Origin: a virus
Strand: one strand, 5' to 3'
IMG/VR virus record: IMGVR_UViG_3300037042_006682
Coordinates: 1 to 64,000 of that record
DNA length: 64,000 nucleotides
Shown: in pieces, positions 27,402 to 35,300 of the stretch
Position numbering within the stretch: the stretch's first letter is position 1
Layout of the letters: every line of letters starts with the position of its first letter
The notes under the pieces: generated by a model
Database searches by the model: none
What the model saw: only the letters and a program-made list of their open reading frames with translations
Told to the model about the DNA's origin: nothing
Made by a program: the position numbers and the translations under genes

Positions 27402-28460
27402 TCAGTTTCCCGACTCGTCCTCGTCGTCCTCGCCGTCCTCGTCGCCGAGGTAGTCGAAGTCGATCTCGCCGTCCTCGATCGACTCCATGATGCGCGTCAC
27501 GAGGTTGAAGCACGGGGCCAGCGTGGCCACGAACTCGTCCTCGTTCAGGGCGTCCTCGACCAGGGTGCCCGCGTTGGCGCGATCGATCACGGGGATCAGG
27601 GCCTCTTCGAGCACGGCGTCAACCTCGGGGGAGCCGTACATCTCGCTCATGAGGGAGAAGATGTTATTCAGGCGCTCGACGATCTCCGCCCGGCTGCCGG
27701 CCTGCACGCGGCTCTCGTGGAGCACGCTGCGGAGGTCGTTCGCGATCTCGCTGTCGGCCGAGGCCCCGAGGCTGCCGAAGCCGCTGACGGGCCCGCGCTT
27801 GCCAGCGCCTAGGAGCTTGCGGATCGGCTTGGCCGCGATCCGGGCCGCGAGCTTATTGCCCTTCGCGCCCAGCTTGGACGCGCGGACCTTCTGCACATTC
27901 TTGTACCAGGCCTTGGCCTCTCTCCTTGTTGCCGAACGCTTGAGTTGAGACTTATGGGTCGCACGGTATTTCCGCCCAATGATGCGCGCGGCGGCCCTGA
28001 TCCCAGCCGACCGGCGTTTTTTCTTCTGCCTCTTGCTGCCGCTCTTCGCAGCGAAAGTGAAAAAAGTTCCCTCTACGAGCTGCCCCTTGGTCCGCAGCAG
28101 CATCTCGACGACCTCCTGCGCACGCGCGGCCAGCGCGGCGTCGCCCTCGGGGAGGTCCTTCTTGCCCAGCTCCTCGAGGAGGGCGTCGATGTCCCCGGCG
28201 TCCATGCTCTCGAAGGGGAGGGCCGCGATCCTGTTGAACAGCTCGCGCGTCACCACGGGGCCGTCGATCGGGTCATGGTCCTCGGTCTGCGTTGTGCCGC
28301 TCACCGCGATGGTGTCGAGGCGCTTGACGCCGCCGCCCACCACGCTGTCCTCGGTGAGGACGTTCATCCCCGCGAGGGTGCGCTGGTCCTCGACCATCGT
28401 CGAGAGCCCCAGGGCCGCCATGTCCTGCTCGAACGTGCTGTCAATGATCCGCTGTGCCAT
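27402..28460 (-). CDS. Prohead core/scaffold-like protein (acidic-basic-acidic)
   Basis: Between portal and protease; central K/R-rich block; several L-x-E sites (LTE, LVE, LHE, LVE). Confidence 0.65.
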   Translation of the reverse strand: MAQRIIDSTFEQDMAALGLSTMVEDQRTLAGMNVLTEDSVVGGGVKRLDTIAVSGTTQTEDHDPIDGPVVTRELFNRIAALPFESMDAGDIDALLEELGKKDLPEGDAALAARAQEVVEMLLRTKGQLVEGTFFTFAAKSGSKRQKKKRRSAGIRAAARIIGRKYRATHKSQLKRSATRREAKAWYKNVQKVRASKLGAKGNKLAARIAAKPIRKLLGAGKRGPVSGFGSLGASADSEIANDLRSVLHESRVQAGSRAEIVERLNNIFSLMSEMYGSPEVDAVLEEALIPVIDRANAGTLVEDALNEDEFVATLAPCFNLVTRIMESIEDGEIDFDYLGDEDGEDDEDESGN

Positions 28461-29328
28461 CGTCGCCGTCTCCTTGTTCGTTGGGGTCGCGGCCCCGCCC
28501 TGCGAGGTAGCCCGCGACGATCACCATGTGCCTGGCCCGCTCCGCGCACGTCCCATGCGCCCTTGCCATCCGCGCGACATCCCGTGGGACGTCCTCCAGC
28601 ATCAACCGTTCGGCACGTGTGAGCGCGGCCACCATGGCCTCCGCCTCGCCGATCAACGAACTCCTGATGGCGTCCAGGTCCGCTTCGCCCTTATCAAATC
28701 GCACGGATCGGCCCTCGTCAAGGATTTGGGCGTACGCCGCCTTGAGCCCCTCGACGGCCATCCGCAATTCGCCCACTGGGATCCCCGTGTCGGGGCGCCC
28801 CGCGAAGGTCGCGGGATCGGGGACGCGCGCCTCGCGCGCCCGCACCTCGCCCCACATGCGCCGGCGGATGCGCTCCGCGTCCACGAGGTACCAGCGCTGC
28901 CACGCCGCATCCTGCGCGGCCTCGATCTCCGCCACCGCGTCCACGAGCCAGTAGCGCTCCCCCGCCTCGACCAGATGGGCGAGGTTGCGCATGCGCATGC
29001 GCGAGGCCTCCCCCGCACACCGCCCCTCCGCGACGTCCCGCACGAGGGCCCGCACCTGCCCCGCCACGTAGCGCGGGACCTCGGCCTCGCCGATCGCCGC
29101 CACCGCGTAGGGCCCGTGCCCCCGCAGGGCCACCGCGCCGCCCACGCAGTCGTAGTCCACGCGCTCGAAGCGCTCCTCGTCGTCGACGACCACCGCGCGG
29201 TCCACCCACGTCGCGACGGCCCGCACGGGGCGCTGGAGCGCCGCGCTCGCCGCCCGCTCGATCTGGTCGATCAGCGCCTCGTAGCTCCCCGCCCGCATCT
29301 CCGCGAGCTGCGCCTCGGTGATGTACAT
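28441..29328 (-). CDS. Hypothetical head-assembly protein
   Basis: 295-aa ORF immediately after portal; GGAGG RBS. Confidence 0.6.
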   Translation of the reverse strand: MYITEAQLAEMRAGSYEALIDQIERAASAALQRPVRAVATWVDRAVVVDDEERFERVDYDCVGGAVALRGHGPYAVAAIGEAEVPRYVAGQVRALVRDVAEGRCAGEASRMRMRNLAHLVEAGERYWLVDAVAEIEAAQDAAWQRWYLVDAERIRRRMWGEVRAREARVPDPATFAGRPDTGIPVGELRMAVEGLKAAYAQILDEGRSVRFDKGEADLDAIRSSLIGEAEAMVAALTRAERLMLEDVPRDVARMARAHGTCAERARHMVIVAGYLAGRGRDPNEQGDGDDGTADH

Positions 29329-29331
29329 CGC

Positions 29332-32300
29332 TTAATCCCTCCGCCCATGGCCCGCCGCCCGCCGATCCCGACGCGCCTGCCGAGCCTGTGCCTCTAGCGT
29401 CCGATCGATCCCCTCGACCCGCGCCGCCATGCGCTCCGTGAGCCGCGTGACGCGCCCGTGCTCGCTCAGCAAGCGGTCCAGCCGCGCCTTTACCGCCGCG
29501 TCGCCCTCCAGGGCGCGCCCGCGGGGCTCCTCCGCCTCGGGGACCGCCCCCTCGGCCGCCCCCATCTCCGGCGGGAGCCCGCCCTCGGCGCCCATCGGCC
29601 CCATCACGGTCTCCGGGTACTCCCGGATGATCTCCGCCTGCGTCGCCGCATCGCCCTTCATGGCCCCGCGCTTGTCCTTGCGCGCCTCGTCCGTCACGTA
29701 GATGGCCTCGTCCTGGGAGAAGCCAAACACGTGCTGGAGGATCCAGGGCTGCGGCACCAGCTCGCCAAGGCCCTGCGCGAGCTGCGCCTGCTGCAACCGC
29801 ACCTCCAGCTGCGCCAGCTCGAAGATATACGAGGGCACCGTCATGTGGAGGTCGAAGGCCACCGCATCGGGGTCGATCCCCAGCGCCGCAAGGTGGACCC
29901 GGCAGACCTGCTTCATGCCGTTGCGCACCTCGCGCTGCACCCGCATGGCCGCCCGCGCAAACCGCACGTCATCCCCGCTCGCGATGCGCCCCGTGGTCTC
30001 CTCCATCCCGAGGAGGCGCTTGGGGGTCTGCGCCGCGGCAAGCACCTTGTTGCGGAAGTACTCCAGGATGTCGAGGTCCTGGTTGTCCACACCCTGCAGC
30101 ACGTCGACGCGCGTGCTGTCCTTGCCCCCGCGCGTTGGCAACCACAGATCTTCCAGATTGGAGTTGCACACGAAGATCCCCGCACTGAGTCCGAAGGTGT
30201 GAGCCCCCTCAACGGTCAGCGTGTAGGTATCCTCGCGTTCCGCAATCCGATCTACAGCCACAACCTTGTGGTTATGCGCAATGGCCGACTGCCGGAAAGC
30301 CGTGAAGCTATCAAATCCGTGCTGCCGATAAGCGCGCAGCATTGAATGTCGGCAAACATTGGTCACCGGCTGAAAGCTGGCACCGTTCACCTCGGCCATG
30401 AGCTGTGGCGTCGTCTTAACAAACTGCGCCACCACATCCGCGCTAGCCGTTGGATGCTCCCCTAAGAACAATGCCACTTCAGCCATGAACAATGAGCTGT
30501 ACTGGATCGTGCGAAGTTTGATCACCCGCTGCTTGTTCTGCTCATCTCCCCAATAGGATCGCGCCGCCTCACTGCGAATCGCGTTGTCCTGTTTGTGCTT
30601 CTCCGAGACATTGTATGCACGTAAGTACTGACCACTGTCACGCAGACGATTGCTCTCGCTTACTCCCTTGGAAATACGCGCGCGCACCTCGGGTCTACGC
30701 CCCGCATCGACCATTAACCTCGCCGCATGCTGCTGCTGCTCGCGCATGCGCTGATCAAAGATCGGATCATCGGCACGCTTGCGCTTGATGGCCGTGTTCC
30801 CATCTTCCCCCCGCGCCGCATGCCAGGCTATGTGTTCCCCTGGCGTCAAAGCGCGCAAGGCCCACGGGGCATTGTTCCCACGTCCGAAATCGTGATGGAT
30901 GTGCATGCCCTCTGTCTTGAAACCACACTCACGCGCTACCACGCGATGCGTCACCACATACCTGCGCGTGTCCGGGTCGTAGAGGTGCTCGTACTTCCCG
31001 GACCTGCTATGCCACTCCCGCTCCGCAGGCTTAACCCGCAAGGGCATGAGGGCATCCCCAGGCTTGAGATCTTGCGCCTCGACCCGCTCCCCGCTGCGCC
31101 GGATGCACTTATGGTCCGGCGTCAAGCGTACCGTCTCGCCATTGTCGAGCGTAAGCTTGATCAGCTCGGCGTTTTGTCGCGTCTTCCCCGCCCACGCGAC
31201 CTTGCCCGGCACGAACTTCCCGTTGCGCGCCAGATCTACGGAATAGACCCACTGTTCCTCGCCACGCTCATGTGCCTCGGCCATCGCGACCAATGACCGC
31301 TCCGTCCCATCCAGCAATCGCACGCGCGTGTCCCCAGTGAGGCACTGCACATTATACCGAAAATCTATCTGATTAGTCGTCGGGTTAAAGACCTTCTTGC
31401 GCGAGTACTGCTGCTGGATCTTCTTGACGTGCGCCCAGCCCTCGGCCGGGGGCAGATCGCCCGTGTCGATGTAGAAGGCGTTCCGCGAGGGCCCGCGCGT
31501 GAGCTTTGTCACCAGCGCGGTGTCCTCCATCATCATGAGCCGCTTCCACGCCCAGCGCCCGCCGTCCAGCACGCTCACGCCGTAGACCGCCGTGGTGTCC
31601 TTCTGCCGCAGGCGCCAGTGCACGATCTCCCAGGGCTCGAACACCACGCACCCATTGACGGGCTTACGCTGGTCGCGCGCCACCTTCAGCGCCGCGTCGA
31701 ACTCGCGCTGCGTGAGCTTGAACTGCCCCGTGGGGTCCTGGATGAAGCCGAGGGTCGTCCCGTGGTTGTCCTGCACGCGCCGCATCGTGGGGGGCGCCAG
31801 GAAGTTGATCCCGACGACGCCCTGCTTGCCTACGAGGACCTCCCCGAAGCGATTGCCGTACTTGCCCAGCGTGCGGGCGAGCCCGTGGACGTCGTCCTCC
31901 AGGCGCAGGCGCCGCGTGAGAAGGTCCTCCAGCACGTCGCGCACGAGCTTGTCCTTCGAGGAGGCCCAGATGCTGCGCCCCGTGTTGCTGTCCGGGATCG
32001 AGGCGTCGTCCGCGTAGAGCGTGAAGATCGACGAGGTGAGGTCGTAGTCGTCCATGTCCTCAGCATCGCGGTACCGCTGCATGAGGTCGTCAGAAAGCTG
32101 GAGGGCCTGCGCGACGGGGCTGTTCGCGTCGAAGTTGCCGCCGGTCTGCAGGGCCAGGGCCCCCGTGTAGCCGTCCTTGGCGAGGAGCGGGTTGTCCTGG
32201 TGCTTGCCCGCGATCACGGCGCCCTGGGTCACGCCGCGGGGCGCCGTGGGGCCCTCCTGGGCCGGCCCGCTCCCACGCCCCAGCCAGCCCCGGATCTTGT

Positions 32301-32364
32301 CCCAGAGGCCCCCGCCCTTGTTTTCGGCCCCGGTTGGCTGCTGCTGCTGCTTGGGATCCGCCAT
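29332..32364 (-). CDS. Portal protein (T4 gp20-like); contains 1 intein
   Basis: IVHWRL...YGVSVL...WKRLMMMEDTALV.KLTRGPSR.AFYIDTGDLP...|intein|SNLEDLWLPTRGG...VDVLQG...YFRNK...DVRFAR. Confidence 0.92.
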   Translation of the reverse strand: MADPKQQQQPTGAENKGGGLWDKIRGWLGRGSGPAQEGPTAPRGVTQGAVIAGKHQDNPLLAKDGYTGALALQTGGNFDANSPVAQALQLSDDLMQRYRDAEDMDDYDLTSSIFTLYADDASIPDSNTGRSIWASSKDKLVRDVLEDLLTRRLRLEDDVHGLARTLGKYGNRFGEVLVGKQGVVGINFLAPPTMRRVQDNHGTTLGFIQDPTGQFKLTQREFDAALKVARDQRKPVNGCVVFEPWEIVHWRLRQKDTTAVYGVSVLDGGRWAWKRLMMMEDTALVTKLTRGPSRNAFYIDTGDLPPAEGWAHVKKIQQQYSRKKVFNPTTNQIDFRYNVQCLTGDTRVRLLDGTERSLVAMAEAHERGEEQWVYSVDLARNGKFVPGKVAWAGKTRQNAELIKLTLDNGETVRLTPDHKCIRRSGERVEAQDLKPGDALMPLRVKPAEREWHSRSGKYEHLYDPDTRRYVVTHRVVARECGFKTEGMHIHHDFGRGNNAPWALRALTPGEHIAWHAARGEDGNTAIKRKRADDPIFDQRMREQQQHAARLMVDAGRRPEVRARISKGVSESNRLRDSGQYLRAYNVSEKHKQDNAIRSEAARSYWGDEQNKQRVIKLRTIQYSSLFMAEVALFLGEHPTASADVVAQFVKTTPQLMAEVNGASFQPVTNVCRHSMLRAYRQHGFDSFTAFRQSAIAHNHKVVAVDRIAEREDTYTLTVEGAHTFGLSAGIFVCNSNLEDLWLPTRGGKDSTRVDVLQGVDNQDLDILEYFRNKVLAAAQTPKRLLGMEETTGRIASGDDVRFARAAMRVQREVRNGMKQVCRVHLAALGIDPDAVAFDLHMTVPSYIFELAQLEVRLQQAQLAQGLGELVPQPWILQHVFGFSQDEAIYVTDEARKDKRGAMKGDAATQAEIIREYPETVMGPMGAEGGLPPEMGAAEGAVPEAEEPRGRALEGDAAVKARLDRLLSEHGRVTRLTERMAARVEGIDRTLEAQARQARRDRRAAGHGRRD
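30163..31344 (-). mobile_element. Intein (394 aa) with HNH-type endonuclease in portal
   Basis: Starts CLTGDTRVRLLDG, block B LTPDH, HRVV...IHHD...NN...L HNH-like motif, ends HTFGLSAGIFVCN|S. Confidence 0.9.
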
Positions 32365-32382
32365 GCCTCACGCTCCTCGCGC

Positions 32383-35300
32383 CTAACCCATCAAGAAGGG
32401 CAACATGGGGACCTCGGCCTCGCCCTCGGGGCCCGGCTGCCCGGTCACCCACGCGAAATCCTCGGCCTCGGCGCGCCCCTCGCCTGGTTGTAGCACCCCG
32501 AGGGGCACCCTCGGAACTTTTTTCAAAAGCCCCGCTACAACGCCCGCTACCGCATCGGCACAGTTGTGTACAAAGACCCCCACCGCCAGCGCGAAGTTAT
32601 GATGAATATCTACGGTCATGTCAAAGACCGGCGCCGCCTCCAAGGGCTCCACGTGGGCCACGCAATACTCATGGGGCTGCCCCGGCGGCTGCCAAGACAG
32701 GGGCATCAACAGATCCCCTGGCCTCAAGGCATGCGCTTCACAGAAGGTCCCCGCCCACAGCATAACCTCATGGTCAGGCGTGCAATCAAAGAACAGCCCC
32801 GTCTCCAGCCAAACGCGGAGCATCTCGCACTCCCCCACTAGGTGCACATTGCGCGCCCACGCGGGCACCACGTCCCCATTGGCATCGCACGCATAGCTCC
32901 AAAACTCGCGCCCCACCAGCTCACGTATGGGCACCGCCCTCCCATCCAGCATGGCAATCTTTGTCTCCCCAGAAAGGCAATCCTTCCCACCCGCCACGGG
33001 ATGGTCGATCTTGCCGCGGAGGCGATCGTGCTCTAGGGCCCGCAGCTCCCCGAGCAGGGGCGCGTGGGGGTACAACTCGATGCGCCGCTCGTAGATCGCC
33101 GAGCGCAGGGCCTCGTAGGGCACCATCGTCGCATCCACGCTCAAGATCTCCGAGGCCACGCCGCGCCGCTTCATATGCTGCAGAGTATCGACCGCTTGGT
33201 ATTGATCTGTCGAGAACCCGATCAACACAAACCCGTGTGCCTGGATGTCATAGATCACTGCCCGGATGTCGGCGAGCTGAATCTGCTCCCCCGGCGGGGG
33301 CCGCACCTGCAGCACGAGGTCGATCACGAAGGTCGGCGCGAGGTCCGTGTAGTGATCGCCCTCAGGCGTCCGCCGCACGACCTCCACCCAGCGCTCTATG
33401 TGCCCGCACGCGATCCCCGTGGCATCTCCTGACAGCGAGGTGTCGATGTGGACATAACGCAGGGCCCGCGGATTGCGCAGGGGCGTCCAGGCCTCCTCCG
33501 TAAACCCGCCCGGCAGGCGCCGCACCGAGGCCCTGGCCAGCTGATACCAGTGGATCACGAGGGGCTGCCCATACTGCCACGTCTGGTGATCTGCGGGGTG
33601 GCGCCGCGCCGGGTTCACAGCCTCCTGGATCTTCTCCGTGCGCTGGATGAACACGCTGATGGCCGTCGTGGGGACGCCCGCGATGTCGCGGATCGCATCC
33701 TCCAAGTTGGACTCGAAGTCCACGCGGTACTCCTCGGGAACCGCGATCACGCGCGCCTCGTCGGGGAGGGTCGCAAGGACCACCTCCTCGCCGGGGGGCA
33801 AGATGCGGCTGCGCAGGGAGCTGCCCCCGCAGAGCACCTGGAAGGTGCGCCCGCTGAAGGAGCCCGGCGGCTTGACCTCCCACGTGGCCATCTCCATCGC
33901 GTAGATCGAGGGGTCGTGGTGGGCCGCCGCGAGGCGCCGATCGATGAACGACCCCACCGTGTTCGCGCTCGACACCATCACGATCATGCCGGGGAGGTCC
34001 CCGCTCGCCTGCACGAAGCGCGACTTGATGCGGCGCTCCAGGGAGCGGTACGTGACCTCGGCGTGGTCGTAGTGCGCGAGGCTCTTCTGCTGGCCGTCTG
34101 CCGTGCGGATCTTCTGCTTGGTGGAGCGCACAAAGTTGGTGTTATGCACCACCACCCCATCCGCCACGAAGGTCTGGAACTCCGTCTCGATCGCGTAGGT
34201 CTGCTCGGGGGGCAACGGCGTCACCGCCGTCACGCGGGTCAGGCGGAGGTCGACGGGGAGGTCGGTGACGCGACAACGCTCGGGTCGGACGCCCCAGGCG
34301 GAGTCACGCATACCAGCAATCGCTGCCGCACGCGCCGTTGGGCAAGCCCATCCATGAATGCCTGGTTGATGAATGGTCCATCCCACACGGACGGGATGGT
34401 AGATCCGTTGATAACGATAAGGAACGGCTGCTGTTGCCGTTGGCAGTGCCCCCACATCGCCAACAACCGCGCTCTTGTTCGAGGCGCATAGAACGATGTC
34501 TTGTCCTTCCCCTCGACCACCACCGTCACCCCGTCGGCGCGATCCACCTCGAAGTCCGCCACCGTCAACCGCTGCTGTCCCCCGATCTCGTATGACACAA
34601 ACGGCAGTTGATCCTCGCCCCGGATCGCCACCACCCCCTCCTGCGCCATCAGGGCTTGCACCAGCACCAACTCCGCATCCGACCGACACGGTATCCGCTG
34701 CCCATCCGGCCCCGTCACCCAGTGCGTGTATGTCCGCTTGCGATCTCGGATCGCCTGCGCGTTCCCCGCGGAGATGCGCGTCCGCGACGCCTCCGTGTGC
34801 GGCGTCCCCGGCCTCCCCAAACGCGCCTCGCGTAGACGCCGCCTGTGCGCCTTGCTGAGCGGCTTGCCATAGCGTGGATTGTCCGCCCCCCACATCACGG
34901 GCGGCAATGCCATGCACCCCTCGGCAACCGCCTGTTTGGCCCTCTCTGACATTCGTTCTCGGGCGGCCGGATCCTGCATGAGACGCTTGTGCGCCTCGGA
35001 CATCTTGATCCGCGTCTCCTCGCTCACCGGCTTCTGAATACGCCCTCGCTGTGCCTCGGACATCTTGCGCCGCGTCTCCGCGCTGTGGTGCCATCCCGTC
35101 CGCAGCTTGGCAATCTCGCGCCTCCGCTGCCGCTGCTCCTCGTTCGGCACCCACCCCTTGCAGCCCCGCCGCGCCTCGGACATCTTGCGCCGCGTCTCCG
35201 CGCTGGCCGTCCGCCCCGTGTTGATCTCGCTGAGCTTCTTGCGCGTCTCCTCGGTATGCGTCCGCCCCGTATTCGCCTCGGACATCTTGCGCAGCTCGTC

